The translations under genes were made by a program, and so were the position numbers. Under the pieces are notes generated by a model. That model was not told the origin of the DNA. It was given only the letters and a program-made list of their open reading frames with translations, and did not search any database. Positions 37,457 through 48,258 of a stretch of 64,000 nucleotides of DNA are shown here, in pieces. Numbering within the stretch: the stretch's first letter is position 1; each line of letters starts with the position of its first letter. This stretch comes from Thermodesulfobacteriota bacterium (GTDB lineage Bacteria; Desulfobacterota_D; UBA1144; Nemesobacterales; JAJCZQ01): positions 1,056,001 through 1,120,000 of the forward strand of contig CBDBDR010000017.1 of NCBI GenBank assembly GCA_965203965.1, given 5' to 3'.

Positions 37457-37918
37457 TTATTTTTTTTCCAGCATGTAGATTATTGAATCTGAAGTCAACC
37501 CCTTATGACCGCCAATGACCATTTTTTCATCACCCTTGCCATAGGTCTGAGTATATTCATTCTCTTCTATGAGTTTCCACCCGTGTCTGTTGGACTCATA
37601 GGAATAAAATTCTTCAACTTTATCGCTGCCTTTGATTTTGAACATCCAGATCGGATTTTCACCTATTCCAAATGAAATTCCCACACTCTCCGTAATCCCG
37701 GGGTATGGAGTAAAACCTACTCCTAACAATCTGTCTTTAGCAGTGCTTTGAAAAAACAGGACAACAGCAAGGGCTGGTATGAGAAAAAAAGTCAATAATA
37801 GACAAGATACCCTTGCAAGACGGAAAAATTTTTCATCATCCTTTTTATAGCCGATATAATAAGAGACTCCCAGCAAAACAAGTGAAAAAGCCATCAGCAA
37901 AACGACAGACCTTTCCAT
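37457..37918 (-). CDS. hypothetical membrane protein
   Basis: Two N-terminal TM helices; sits within a minus-strand gene run. Confidence 0.6.
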   Translation of the reverse strand: MERSVVLLMAFSLVLLGVSYYIGYKKDDEKFFRLARVSCLLLTFFLIPALAVVLFFQSTAKDRLLGVGFTPYPGITESVGISFGIGENPIWMFKIKGSDKVEEFYSYESNRHGWKLIEENEYTQTYGKGDEKMVIGGHKGLTSDSIIYMLEKK

Positions 37919-37919
37919 G

Positions 37920-38930
37920 CTACCTAATGTCCGCTCCCTTTATCATTTTCCAACAAGTGATCAGATCTTCTGTTCTAAAACTTCTCATAAGACTTGAATA
38001 AGAAACATGTTCAGAAGGCTTTGCCGGGTCAAATTCAATTATCCACAGGGGCATGGTTCCATTGGGAAGGGATGAATATCTGGGGTCTCCAATTTTGTTT
38101 TTACCCTCCCTTGACAGATAACCTCTCGTAAAACGGTTAAATCTCATTATGTCCTTGTAAAGAACAGAGTTTTTATCCAGCTCCGGGTATTCATCTTCTA
38201 TTACAAACCTTTTGACGGAACCCCCACTGTAGAACTTTGGCTCGGAAAATGGAACTAACCTTATGGTATCAACGTGATATTTTCCATCGCTTAGATAAAC
38301 ACTTCTCCATATCACCATGTTGGCAATACTCGGGTAGACCAGAACTTGTTCAGCATCATGCCCCCGTATCAATGCAATCTCTAAAAGGTAATCTTTAGCC
38401 GTTGCTTTTTGATGTAATCCAAGCAAAAGATACGATACGCAGAACAATACCCCTATTCTCGCAATTAATTTTGATTTCTTGGTCAGTGCAAATATTACAA
38501 ACAGCATAAGTAGCAGCGTAAATATAGGATCTACAATAGAGACGTTGTCCCACGAAAATCGAAAGTTTGAAATGGGCCAGAGCAACTCCGTCCCATAAGT
38601 CGTGCAGGTATCAAGCAGTCCGTGTGTTGCGTAACCAAGAGTGGAATACAAGAAGACCTTGCCAAACTTCATCTTTCTTTTGAATATGAGCCAGAAAACT
38701 ACCGCCATGATAAATCCACCAACCGGTATAAAAGCGAGGGAGTGAGTAAACTGCCTATGGTAATCAAAAAAAATCAGAGGATCTTTGCTTGACATTATCA
38801 AGACCAAGACGTCCAAGTCTGCTGACATCCCTGATAATGAACCTATAAGTGTAACTTTCCCAACCTCTTTTGGACTAGAGATACTCTGCGGAAAAATCGC
38901 TCCTGTTAATCCTTGACTTATTGGATCCAT
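37920..38930 (-). CDS. inner-membrane metal-dependent hydrolase (YdjM-like)
   Basis: MDPISQ, HRQFTHSL, THGLLD, GTELLWP. Confidence 0.85.
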   Translation of the reverse strand: MDPISQGLTGAIFPQSISSPKEVGKVTLIGSLSGMSADLDVLVLIMSSKDPLIFFDYHRQFTHSLAFIPVGGFIMAVVFWLIFKRKMKFGKVFLYSTLGYATHGLLDTCTTYGTELLWPISNFRFSWDNVSIVDPIFTLLLMLFVIFALTKKSKLIARIGVLFCVSYLLLGLHQKATAKDYLLEIALIRGHDAEQVLVYPSIANMVIWRSVYLSDGKYHVDTIRLVPFSEPKFYSGGSVKRFVIEDEYPELDKNSVLYKDIMRFNRFTRGYLSREGKNKIGDPRYSSLPNGTMPLWIIEFDPAKPSEHVSYSSLMRSFRTEDLITCWKMIKGADIR

Positions 38931-39012
38931 GGTCTAAAAATGAAATATGTTATAATCTAAACTAAATATTTTATAAAAACACTACTTGTTTGATTTAAAA
39001 GGAGGCAGTGAG

Positions 39013-39894
39013 ATGGACATTTTTGAAACTATCGGAAACAGACGGAGCATAAGATTCTTTAAACCATGGAAAGAGGTTGAAGACTGGAAAGTCCAGATGA
39101 TGTTGCAGGCGGCGAGATACGCATCCTGTCAGGGCAACTGTGGATCAACGGAAGCAATTATAATTGATAAGAAAAACTACCCTGAGGAAAAATTTGAACA
39201 GATAGTGGAATGTGCCTCACCCTTTAACGAAATACAGTTAAGGCAGGCACCTATAGTAATTGCCTGGCTGATAAATTTAGACGCATGGTATAAGGAGCTT
39301 GTGCAGTCATTCGCGGTTCTTTTTCCTTCAAGAGCTATTACCGCTGCTCACGGCTGGACTTATGAGTTACTTACCGAGCAAACCTATCCGAGGCTTATGA
39401 GCTTTCCAAAAGAAAGAACAGAAGACCTATTGAGGGTTGAAGCGGGTCAAGCAATAGCAAATGCTTTCCTTATGGCGACCGAACTCGGACTTGGATGTTG
39501 CCTTCTCGCAACTGGAAGAAAACCAACAGAATTTCCCAAGGTGCTGGGCACTCCTGAAAACATTGTCCCAATCTGGCTTATGGCAGTTGGTTATGCAGCC
39601 GAGACTCCAGGACAAAGACCGAGAAAACGCTTTGACAAACTGTTTCATCACAATGTTTACGGCAAACCCCTTGAGGAAGACAAGGAAGTTAAAGAGGAAC
39701 TTACAGCACTCGGTTTGATCCAACCCAAAGACCCACTTCCGGGAAGAGAGGAAGAGTTGAAACATATTTGCAGGATGTTCGGCTTTAAGGAAGACATGCC
39801 AGATATGCCAAAAGATAAGATAAAAGAGATGTATGACGAAGATTCAATTTATTACGGTGAATTACCACCGGATCTGGAAAAGAAGGGAGTTTGA
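39013..39894 (+). CDS. nitroreductase family protein
   Basis: RRSIRFF, ATELGLGCC, MAVGYA; GGAGG SD. Confidence 0.85.
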   Translation: MDIFETIGNRRSIRFFKPWKEVEDWKVQMMLQAARYASCQGNCGSTEAIIIDKKNYPEEKFEQIVECASPFNEIQLRQAPIVIAWLINLDAWYKELVQSFAVLFPSRAITAAHGWTYELLTEQTYPRLMSFPKERTEDLLRVEAGQAIANAFLMATELGLGCCLLATGRKPTEFPKVLGTPENIVPIWLMAVGYAAETPGQRPRKRFDKLFHHNVYGKPLEEDKEVKEELTALGLIQPKDPLPGREEELKHICRMFGFKEDMPDMPKDKIKEMYDEDSIYYGELPPDLEKKGV

Positions 39895-39922
39895 TTGAAC
39901 GGTCTACCTACGGGTCAGATAT

Positions 39923-41731
39923 TTATTTTAATTCAATAAATATATCGGCACTTATGCTACTTATTTGGGGTTTGTTGCTGATATATTGGCCTGATATCAT
40001 CGTGAAACGGACTTTTATTTTGACCAAGTCATTACTTTCTTCCACTGTCATTAATTGTGGTTCAACCATACGTGGATGTAAGGTTTTATTCTTTATATTA
40101 TCAACTACTTTATCAAGATTAAGATTGATAAGGCTTTGTTGATATTTGCCTATATCCAGGGCTCCATTCTTGTTGATAGTTAAAAAATATCTATGTCCAT
40201 CTATATCAAAAAATCTGCTCTCATTTGAAGATAAAGCCACTTCAACCGCATATTTGTATCCCGCGATCTCAGTTGGTGATATAGAAGTGCTAATCCTGTA
40301 ATTAAATCTACTTTGTTCAGTTGATTCTTTTTGCCATTCCTGCACAGGATCAATCCCCATAAGTCTCACTATCTTGTATGGATCCTTTTTATCATCCAGA
40401 CCACCCTCAAACCACTCTGAGATATTATCCGTTCTGTGTGTATCAAACAGGTACTTGACAATTGAACTGATCTGCTTTCTATCCTTATAACTCACTTCCC
40501 CTTTGGCTTTCTCAATCCTGTTATTTACAAGTATTTTGTTTTTAACAAGGAGTTCATTCAACCTGCTTACTTGGCTATTTTCTGAAACTGAATAAACACC
40601 CCACGGTCCAAAGGAGGTCAACATCGCCAATATAAAAAGCGATATTGGTATGAGTTTTATATTTCTTGCCTTACTGAAATTAAAGTAAATTGATATTGCG
40701 AAAAGCCATACTCCAAGAACGAATATAAAGTATCTCTGCTCCGTTATACCGTAGTCCGAAACTCTTCTCCAGACCGCTGTGAGATGCAAAATGACAAGTG
40801 GAATAATAGCTATATAAAAAAACTTTGAATAACTTCTGACCCATTTGTTATCGGCTCTGTCTCGGATTGGATAAAGCAGCAAAAATGAAAACAGTCCGAG
40901 TATAGAGATGCCTGAGACCAAAATAGCAACCCATCCCCTCGGCAATTCCCAAACAATAGCCATTTTTGCCGCATAAATATAGAGAATAACAAAGTAGACA
41001 AGTGTTAGTGGGATCAAAATATACTGTGTAAATATTTTTAGACCCTTTGAATACTCTTTTACCTTATCCAATCCATCATAGTCCTTGGGAACATCTGCAA
41101 GGAAAAAAGTTGTATGGAATACAAACACAACTATCAGCCATAGATATAAATAGTAATCCCCTCTTATATGAACTCCCAGCAACTTGTCTATTGATGTTAA
41201 CGCTAACGTAAGTCCGATAAACAGGACAAAGAAAAACAAAAATGAGGTTAGAAATCTTATGAACAAAACCTTATTGAACTCATAAAATCCATTTGGTTCA
41301 TCTATGTTTATATAAGCTGCAAAAGAAGCCAGTAGGTGAAAACAAAATAACAGATGAAAAAATCTTGTACTACCTAGAATTTTTAGTTGAGGTTGAGAAA
41401 TATCATTTACACTAAAGTAGTAAGCAACAAGAACAGCTATACCAAGCAAGATAACTAAAAATTTCTTTGTTAGATCAATGTCTTTTCTCTCGTTAAATAC
41501 AGCTATTGAGAAAAACAGTGGAATTCCAAGTATTGAGGTAAATGCGAGTTTTAAGGCATGCCTATACAGGTCAGTATGGGTGCCTCCTTCCATCTCCATA
41601 GCTACGATAAAGCATATTACCGAAAGTACAGAAGCCAGTATTACAATAGGGAATCTGTTTATGACCAATCGTATTTTGGGAATGATCGCTTTAATTGAAA
41701 AAAAACTTTCCATTGTTAAAAATATACTCAA
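39923..41731 (-). CDS. DUF4153 family multi-pass membrane protein
   Basis: YILIPL...ILYIY...ELPRG, RRVSDYGITEQRY, GPWG...SQVSRL. Confidence 0.75.
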   Translation of the reverse strand: MSIFLTMESFFSIKAIIPKIRLVINRFPIVILASVLSVICFIVAMEMEGGTHTDLYRHALKLAFTSILGIPLFFSIAVFNERKDIDLTKKFLVILLGIAVLVAYYFSVNDISQPQLKILGSTRFFHLLFCFHLLASFAAYINIDEPNGFYEFNKVLFIRFLTSFLFFFVLFIGLTLALTSIDKLLGVHIRGDYYLYLWLIVVFVFHTTFFLADVPKDYDGLDKVKEYSKGLKIFTQYILIPLTLVYFVILYIYAAKMAIVWELPRGWVAILVSGISILGLFSFLLLYPIRDRADNKWVRSYSKFFYIAIIPLVILHLTAVWRRVSDYGITEQRYFIFVLGVWLFAISIYFNFSKARNIKLIPISLFILAMLTSFGPWGVYSVSENSQVSRLNELLVKNKILVNNRIEKAKGEVSYKDRKQISSIVKYLFDTHRTDNISEWFEGGLDDKKDPYKIVRLMGIDPVQEWQKESTEQSRFNYRISTSISPTEIAGYKYAVEVALSSNESRFFDIDGHRYFLTINKNGALDIGKYQQSLINLNLDKVVDNIKNKTLHPRMVEPQLMTVEESNDLVKIKVRFTMISGQYISNKPQISSISADIFIELK

Positions 41732-41792
41732 AGCAAATGAGTTTCCATGTTCTTATTTTGTTACTTCCCCAATTTGCGTTAAATTATTAACC

Positions 41793-42383
41793 ATGATGAA
41801 GAGACAAGCTACCGTTGACAGGAAAACCAAAGAGGTCAAGTGCAACGTCACGATCAATCTGGACGGTTCGGGAAAGTTCGAAGTTAAAACGGGTATTTCT
41901 TTTTTTAACCACATGCTTGAGCAGTTTGCAAAGCATGGATATTTTGACCTCAAAATTAAAACGATCGGCGACACAGAGGTTGATTTTCACCACACTGTGG
42001 AAGATACCGGCATAGTATTAGGAGAAACATTCCACAAGGCACTGGGAGACAAAAAAGGAATAAGAAGGTTTGCACACTCTTTAGTGCCGTTTGATGAAAG
42101 CCTTGTTTGCGTGACGGTGGATCTGAGTGGTAGACCCTATTTTGTATATAAAGGCGAAATGCCCAAATCAAAAGTGGGGGAGTTTGACGTTGAACTTGTT
42201 GAGGAGTTTTTTAAATCTCTGGCTCATTCAATGAAATGCAATCTACACGTTGAATTGAAATACGGCACCAACCTTCACCACAATATTGAAGCAATGTTCA
42301 AAGCCTTGGGAATTGCCTTGGATGAAGCAACGTCAATAGATACACGATCCAAAGCTATACCTTCTACAAAGGGAAAACTCTGA
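41793..42383 (+). CDS. hisB: imidazoleglycerol-phosphate dehydratase
   Basis: FFNHML, VDFHHTVED, NLHHNIEAMFKA, IPSTKG. Confidence 0.96.
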   Translation: MMKRQATVDRKTKEVKCNVTINLDGSGKFEVKTGISFFNHMLEQFAKHGYFDLKIKTIGDTEVDFHHTVEDTGIVLGETFHKALGDKKGIRRFAHSLVPFDESLVCVTVDLSGRPYFVYKGEMPKSKVGEFDVELVEEFFKSLAHSMKCNLHVELKYGTNLHHNIEAMFKALGIALDEATSIDTRSKAIPSTKGKL

Positions 42384-43042
42384 TGATCGTAATTGTTGAC
42401 TATGGAATGGGTAACCTGAGAAGCGTTTACAATGCTTTTGAAACTCAAGGTTACACAGTATCAGTCAGCGACAGCACACAAACAATTGAGAATGCTGGCG
42501 GACTTGTCTTGCCCGGGGTCGGGGCATTTGGGGACTGCATCAAAAATCTTCAAAAGAAGGGATTGCTTGAAACCGTTAAGAGTTTCATCTCATCAGGCAG
42601 ACCATTCCTCGGAATATGCCTCGGTTTGCAGGCTTTGTTCAATGAAAGTGAGGAAGCACCTGGAATAAGAGGTCTTGGCGTATTCAAAGGTAGAGTAAGA
42701 AAATTCTCCAGCTTCTCACCACAAAAGCTAAAGGTTCCCCAAATAGGATGGAATCAAATTGAATTTGATCCTAAAATTACCGTGCTGAAAAACATACCGC
42801 AAAAAAGTTGGTTTTACTTTGTTCACTCCTACTACGTTGAACCCGAAGATGAGGACTTGAAGATCATCAGATCAGACTACGGAATAGAATTCACGGCAGC
42901 AGTTGAAAAAGACAATGTTTTTGCGTGTCAGTTCCATCCGGAAAAAAGCGGTGAATCTGGACTTAAAATAATCAGAAATTTTGCAGAACTTTCAAACAGC
43001 AGACAACCCCTAACGGGAGAGAGAAAAATTCCCCTTCCCTGA
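42383..43042 (+). CDS. hisH: imidazole glycerol phosphate synthase glutaminase subunit
   Basis: DYGMGNL, LPGVGAF, GICLG, FVHSY, QFHPEKS. Confidence 0.96.
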   Translation: MIVIVDYGMGNLRSVYNAFETQGYTVSVSDSTQTIENAGGLVLPGVGAFGDCIKNLQKKGLLETVKSFISSGRPFLGICLGLQALFNESEEAPGIRGLGVFKGRVRKFSSFSPQKLKVPQIGWNQIEFDPKITVLKNIPQKSWFYFVHSYYVEPEDEDLKIIRSDYGIEFTAAVEKDNVFACQFHPEKSGESGLKIIRNFAELSNSRQPLTGERKIPLP

Positions 43043-43080
43043 AGGGGTGGCATTGCCCTCAGGCAATGTCGGGGTAGTCC
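43011..43080 (+). repeat. single REP-like unit overlapping the hisH stop
   Basis: ATTCCCCTTCCCTGAAGGGGTGGCATTGCCCTCAGGCAATGTCGGGGTAGTCC, near-identical to 13269-13321. Confidence 0.88.
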
Positions 43081-43099
43081 CCATCCTTCTGGATACCTA

Positions 43100-44230
43100 C
43101 TAATTATTTCTCAAGAAACTTTCCAATTGACTTTTCATGCCTGAGTTGGCTAATTTTCCAAGTGCTGCTTTCTCTATTTGCCTGATCCTTTCCCTTGTGA
43201 GGTTGAACCTCTTGCCAATTTCATCCAGCGTATATGTGTTTCGGCACTCAATACCGAACCTGAGCCTTATTATCTCTTCCTCACGCTGATTTAACAGGGT
43301 CAAGGCTTCTTTCAATTTTTCAGCAAGCGATGCCCTTGCCAGAACGGAATCGGGAATAACGGCTTCTTTGTCTGGTACAGAATCCAACAACGTATTTTTC
43401 TCGCCGTCAAGCACTGGTGTATCAAGACTTATGGCGTCATTTGTTGAGTTAAGTATCCTCTTCACTACTTCCACGGAAATCCCTGACTTATCGGCAATTT
43501 CCTGTGGTGTGGGTTTTCTTTCAATATTTTTTGCGAGCTTGGCACTTGTCTTGTAAACACGGTTGGCTTGCTCAAGAAGATACACAGGCACTTTTATAGT
43601 TCTTGTCTGTCCCTGAAGTGCTCTTAATATTGCTTGGTGTATCCACCATGATGCATAGGTTGAAAACTTATAACCCTTAGTGTGGTCAAACCTCTCAACT
43701 GCCCTCATCAAACCGAGATTGCCTTCCTGAATAAGGTCGGGAAGTGGCAACCCCCTGTTCATATATCTTCTGGATATTGTTATTACAAGCCTTAAATTAG
43801 CTTTCAAAAACCTTTGCTTTAATCTCTGAGCAAAAGCATGGAACACAGTGGCAAATGCAGAAAGGTATGCAATCCTTTTAGCCATTTCTTTTTGCTTTAT
43901 GGTATTTTTCCTGAGCTTGGCGATCTTAGCCGTCAGAGTTATGACAGTTGCCTTAAACTCGGCGGTTTTCACTTCGCACTTTTTTATTTTCGCAGAGATC
44001 TCAACTTCCTGCTTTGCCGTGAAAAGCGGCTCAACTGCCATATCCTTGAAATAAACATGAAGGAGCCTTAACTGCTCGTCAGGAGTCCATTCGGATTCTT
44101 TTTCTTCAGTTTTTGGCGCATCAATACTTCTGCCATCTGTATCCAACAGATTATTGTCCAAATTCATTTCAATTTCATCATTGTCGGTAAAAGATTCAAA
44201 TTCGTTCATTTTTGCAGAATCTCCTCTCAT
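43100..44230 (-). CDS. RNA polymerase sigma70 factor, RpoD/RpoS-like (no region 1.1)
   Basis: ANLRLV, DLIQEGNLGLMRAVERFD, FSTYASWW, LTRERIRQIE. Confidence 0.92.
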   Translation of the reverse strand: MRGDSAKMNEFESFTDNDEIEMNLDNNLLDTDGRSIDAPKTEEKESEWTPDEQLRLLHVYFKDMAVEPLFTAKQEVEISAKIKKCEVKTAEFKATVITLTAKIAKLRKNTIKQKEMAKRIAYLSAFATVFHAFAQRLKQRFLKANLRLVITISRRYMNRGLPLPDLIQEGNLGLMRAVERFDHTKGYKFSTYASWWIHQAILRALQGQTRTIKVPVYLLEQANRVYKTSAKLAKNIERKPTPQEIADKSGISVEVVKRILNSTNDAISLDTPVLDGEKNTLLDSVPDKEAVIPDSVLARASLAEKLKEALTLLNQREEEIIRLRFGIECRNTYTLDEIGKRFNLTRERIRQIEKAALGKLANSGMKSQLESFLRNN

Positions 44231-44446
44231 GTTTGTCTCTTAGCCCCCATTGTATCAAATTTAAAGAGATGAAAAAACAAAATTTGCTAGGAAAGCAAAA
44301 ATCTGTAGAGACTGGCTTATTGTCAGGAACAGTTTTATGGTTATTAGTTACAAGCAAAAATCTGTGATCTCAAATAGATTTCTTTTGTATTTTGACCACA
44401 AAATAACAGACAAACAGCCTAACCATATAACTTGTTCAGGTGCAGT

Positions 44447-45058
44447 TCATTTCACGCCATTGTAGCCGTCTGCAACCTTACTCCAGTTCACTACATTCCA
44501 CCACGCCTCAATATAATCGGGCCTCTTGTTCTGGTAGTTAAGGTAATAGGCATGCTCCCAAACATCCAGTCCTAAAATTGGCTTTAACCCTTCAGATAAA
44601 GGATTATCCTGATTAGGGGTGGAAGTAACAACCAAATTATTACTACCGTTGACACAAAGCCATGCCCATCCACTACCAAAGCGAGTTGTTGCAGCCTTGG
44701 AAAACTCTTGCTTAAAGTTGTTAAAGTCTCCAAAAGCACTGTTTATTGCATCGGCCAACTCTCCTTGCGGTTCAGCATCGCCTCCGGGGACCATAATTTG
44801 CCAAAAAAGGCTGTGATTTGCATGACCGCCCCCGTTGTTTCTCACGGCAACCCTTATATCCTCGGGAACAGAGCTCAGGTCTGAGATCAAATCCTCAACT
44901 GATCTGTTCTGTTGTTCAGGATGTTTTTCCAATGCTGTATTTAGATTTTTAACGTATGTCTGATGATGTCTCGAGTGGTGAATTTCCATCGTGCGAGCAT
45001 CAATATATGGTTCTAGTGCGTCATAACTATATGGTAAATCGGGCAACTCATGTGCCAT
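44447..45058 (-). CDS. sodA: Mn/Fe superoxide dismutase
   Basis: HH...[25 protein letters not shown]. Confidence 0.95.
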   Translation of the reverse strand: MAHELPDLPYSYDALEPYIDARTMEIHHSRHHQTYVKNLNTALEKHPEQQNRSVEDLISDLSSVPEDIRVAVRNNGGGHANHSLFWQIMVPGGDAEPQGELADAINSAFGDFNNFKQEFSKAATTRFGSGWAWLCVNGSNNLVVTSTPNQDNPLSEGLKPILGLDVWEHAYYLNYQNKRPDYIEAWWNVVNWSKVADGYNGVK

Positions 45059-45259
45059 TTAAGTATTCCTCCAATAAATTATTTCGTTGCTTGTGTAAAA
45101 CAATACAATTTTATATTGTCCTTGGAAATCCTAATTATAAACCTTTTATTATCCACTGTAAACATTAAAACTATTAAATTAGACATAGTTCATCTTTTTT
45201 AGTTTATTTATCTAATTTAAGTAAATTAAATAGGGTCAAAGTTATTTAAGGACAGCTTC

Positions 45260-46015
45260 TTGAACAAGTTAATAGAGCTTAGAGATATTTATAAGTCATT
45301 TGGAGAAAAATCGGTTCACTGCGGAATTGACTTGGACATCTATGAAGGCGAACGAATTACCGTTCTCGGAAGAAGTGGAACGGGTAAAAGCGTGCTTCTG
45401 AAACTTATAATAGGACTGATAAAACCAGATAGGGGGAAAGTCACTGTTATGGGAAAAGAGATAAACACCGCCACGGAAAACGAATTGTTATCAATAAGAA
45501 AGGGCATTGGTATGCTCTTTCAGGGGTCGGCGCTTTTTGACTCCCTAACCGTATCGGAGAATATCGCTTATGCTTTGTCTGAAGACCCTAGTTTTTCAGA
45601 AAATGAAATAAACAAATTAGTAAAAAAGAAGTTAGAACTTGTTGGATTAGCCGGTATAGAGGACAAAATGCCAGCAGACCTGAGCGGCGGCATGAAAAAG
45701 AGAGTCGCACTCGCAAGGGCTCTTGCAACTACGCCGAACATACTTCTTTATGATGAGCCAACAACCGGGTTGGACCCTCCCAACATAAACCGTATTAACA
45801 ACCTTATAATACAAATGAACAAACAGTTCAACATAACGAGCGTAATTATCACTCACGACCTTGAAAGCGCTTTCACCGTGTCCGAACGCATAGCTTTCCT
45901 ACATGAGGGAAAGATCGTATTTACGGGAGCAGTTGATAGGGTAAACAACAGCGGTTGTGAACCTCTGGATGATTTTATCAATGGGGTTATGGGAAAAGAA
46001 CTTGCAATCATCTGA
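45260..46015 (+). CDS. mlaF: MlaF-type ABC ATP-binding protein
   Basis: GRSGTGKS, LFQGSALFDSL, LSGGMKKRV, YDEPTTGLDP. Confidence 0.88.
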   Translation: MNKLIELRDIYKSFGEKSVHCGIDLDIYEGERITVLGRSGTGKSVLLKLIIGLIKPDRGKVTVMGKEINTATENELLSIRKGIGMLFQGSALFDSLTVSENIAYALSEDPSFSENEINKLVKKKLELVGLAGIEDKMPADLSGGMKKRVALARALATTPNILLYDEPTTGLDPPNINRINNLIIQMNKQFNITSVIITHDLESAFTVSERIAFLHEGKIVFTGAVDRVNNSGCEPLDDFINGVMGKELAII

Positions 46016-48233
46016 AAATAGTCCAAAAAGGACAATTGGTTTAATGGGTGCCACGGGTATAGGGGTGGGCGGTATAATCGGCGGCGGTATATTGGCGTTG
46101 AGCGGTGTTGCATTTGCAAATAGCGGGCCAAGTGCCACACTCGCTTTTCTTCTGAATGGACTGATAGCAGTAATGGTAGCCCTGAGCTATGCGGAAATGT
46201 CCTCCATTTTTCCCGAATCGGGAGGAACTTACCTATTTTCAAAAAAAGTCCTGTCAATTAAATCTGCCTTTTTTACAGGCTGGATATTCTGGTTCGCATC
46301 AATAGTGGCAGCAGTTCTATACGCTATTAGTTTTGCATCTTTCATGGTAATTGCAATGAACGTGATATGGAACGAGTTTATAGGTAAGCCCCCGGATTGG
46401 TTTTCCTCACAATTGACCGTAACCCTGCTTTCTACTGCCGCAACGCTGTTTTATACCTTTTCTTTATCAAGGAAAGCCGGGAGCGGTGGAAACTTTGCCA
46501 ACGTAGGTAAAATAGTTGCCTTTTCTATACTGATCATTGCAGGTCTCTTGGCATTGTTTAAAGCGGAATCAGCTCAGGTAGTGAAAAACCTGAGCCCATT
46601 CTTTTCAAACGGAGCCAGCGGTTTATTTACTGCAATGGGATATACATTTATTGCAATGCACGGTTTTGACCTGATCCCAACCGCGGCTGGAGAAATTAAA
46701 AATCCTGAAAAGAACGTTCCAAGATCAATGCTGTTGTCACTGGGGCTTTCACTCGTAATATACGTTCCCCTTTGTTTTATAATCGCAGCCGTCGGTGTAA
46801 ACAGTGGACAAACAATTACGGAAATGGGGTCAGAGTATCTTGAGGAGATAGTTGCAGTCGCTGCAAAGAACTACATGGGTAATTCCGGCTACTGGATCGT
46901 ATTAGTTGCCGGTATATTATCAATGCTCTCAGCACTTAGGGCTAATCTTTTTGGTGCATCAAGGGTGGCATACAAAATGGCAGTTGACAGAACGCTACCT
47001 AAAAAACTCGGCTTCATTCACAAAACTAATCAAACACCTGACAAGTCCATATATGCAACTTCAATAATAACCATCTTAATAATCGTGGCATTTAGCAACG
47101 TTGAATCCGCCGGTGCGGCAGCAAGCCTTGTATTTCTGCTTTCCTTTGCCATATCACAGATATTGTCAATTCTGGTAAGGCGGAGAGTTGACGTTGCCAA
47201 AATACCCTTCCGTATGCCTCTATATCCTTTCCTTCCAGTGATTGGAGCTGTTTGCTGTTCTCTCTTGGCTATTTTTCAAGGATTTGTAGTTCCGCAAGCC
47301 GGATTGATCACGTTAATATGGCTATTTATCGGTGGGGTTCTATACACAATTCTATTTAGCAAAAGTGCAAAACGTTTTGACGTCTCCGCCACCGCTTACG
47401 ATCCGTACTTGTCAAAGCTCAGAGGACAAACACCAGTGGTATTAGTTCCTATATCCAATCCTACAAACGCCGCTTCGCTTATCAAACTTGCAAGTTCATT
47501 CGCTCCACCGGATTTTGGAAAGGTGAGGCTCTTGTCAGTAGTAACAAAATCAGAAGACCATAATGAACAAGTCAAAAAAATAACCAACAGTCAGAATGTG
47601 CTTAAGGAATCTCTAAAAGCATCTATTGAAAATGGTATATACCCCGAAGCACTGACCACTGTGGCTGATAACGCTTGGGATGAAATAAAAAGAGTTTCAA
47701 AACATTACCAATGCGACAGTATTGTTCTCGGACTGACAGATATTAATGAAGAAGTAGCCGGATTATACATGGAAAAACTGATAAGCAATGTTTCTTGTGA
47801 CGTGGTGGTTCTTAGGGCTTATAATGGGTGGAATTTACAAGGTGTCAAGAGGGTGCTTATCCCCATCTCAGGCGGAAACAGCTATGAAAAACTACTGGCA
47901 AGACTGATAGGCACTCTGTCCCGCGTGGGGATCTCGGAAATTGAATTTTTAAGGGTTATGCCTCAACTCTCAACTTGGTCGGATAGAAAAAAGGCAAGAG
48001 AAAAGCTGTTCATATTAGCACAGGACTACTGCGTGAATGGAAACTTCAGTGTAAAAGTTGTTCAGAATGATAACGTTACCGAGGAGATAATAAGTCAATC
48101 GGAGAACTTTGATATGATTATATTGGGTTTTAAAAAGGTTAATAAATCCTACCTGCGAGCTTTTGGCCCCATTACGCTGAAGATCGCCCGTGAAACCAAC
48201 ACACCCTTAGTCCTTATAAATCATTCGGACTGA
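45981..48233 (+). CDS. APC amino acid permease with C-terminal universal stress protein domains
   Basis: GIGVGGIIGGGI, FPESGG, AGEIKNPEKNVP; C-terminal VLVPISNP and VLIPISGG USP motifs; start uncertain. Confidence 0.85.
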   Translation: MGLWEKNLQSSENSPKRTIGLMGATGIGVGGIIGGGILALSGVAFANSGPSATLAFLLNGLIAVMVALSYAEMSSIFPESGGTYLFSKKVLSIKSAFFTGWIFWFASIVAAVLYAISFASFMVIAMNVIWNEFIGKPPDWFSSQLTVTLLSTAATLFYTFSLSRKAGSGGNFANVGKIVAFSILIIAGLLALFKAESAQVVKNLSPFFSNGASGLFTAMGYTFIAMHGFDLIPTAAGEIKNPEKNVPRSMLLSLGLSLVIYVPLCFIIAAVGVNSGQTITEMGSEYLEEIVAVAAKNYMGNSGYWIVLVAGILSMLSALRANLFGASRVAYKMAVDRTLPKKLGFIHKTNQTPDKSIYATSIITILIIVAFSNVESAGAAASLVFLLSFAISQILSILVRRRVDVAKIPFRMPLYPFLPVIGAVCCSLLAIFQGFVVPQAGLITLIWLFIGGVLYTILFSKSAKRFDVSATAYDPYLSKLRGQTPVVLVPISNPTNAASLIKLASSFAPPDFGKVRLLSVVTKSEDHNEQVKKITNSQNVLKESLKASIENGIYPEALTTVADNAWDEIKRVSKHYQCDSIVLGLTDINEEVAGLYMEKLISNVSCDVVVLRAYNGWNLQGVKRVLIPISGGNSYEKLLARLIGTLSRVGISEIEFLRVMPQLSTWSDRKKAREKLFILAQDYCVNGNFSVKVVQNDNVTEEIISQSENFDMIILGFKKVNKSYLRAFGPITLKIARETNTPLVLINHSD

Positions 48234-48258
48234 TTTAATCGCTCTCTAATAAATTACT

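Noticed and set aside
41478..41792. 105-aa N-terminal extension on HisB in the ORF track
   Set aside because: It overlaps the opposite-strand DUF4153 gene; HisB homology starts at MMKRQA (41793).
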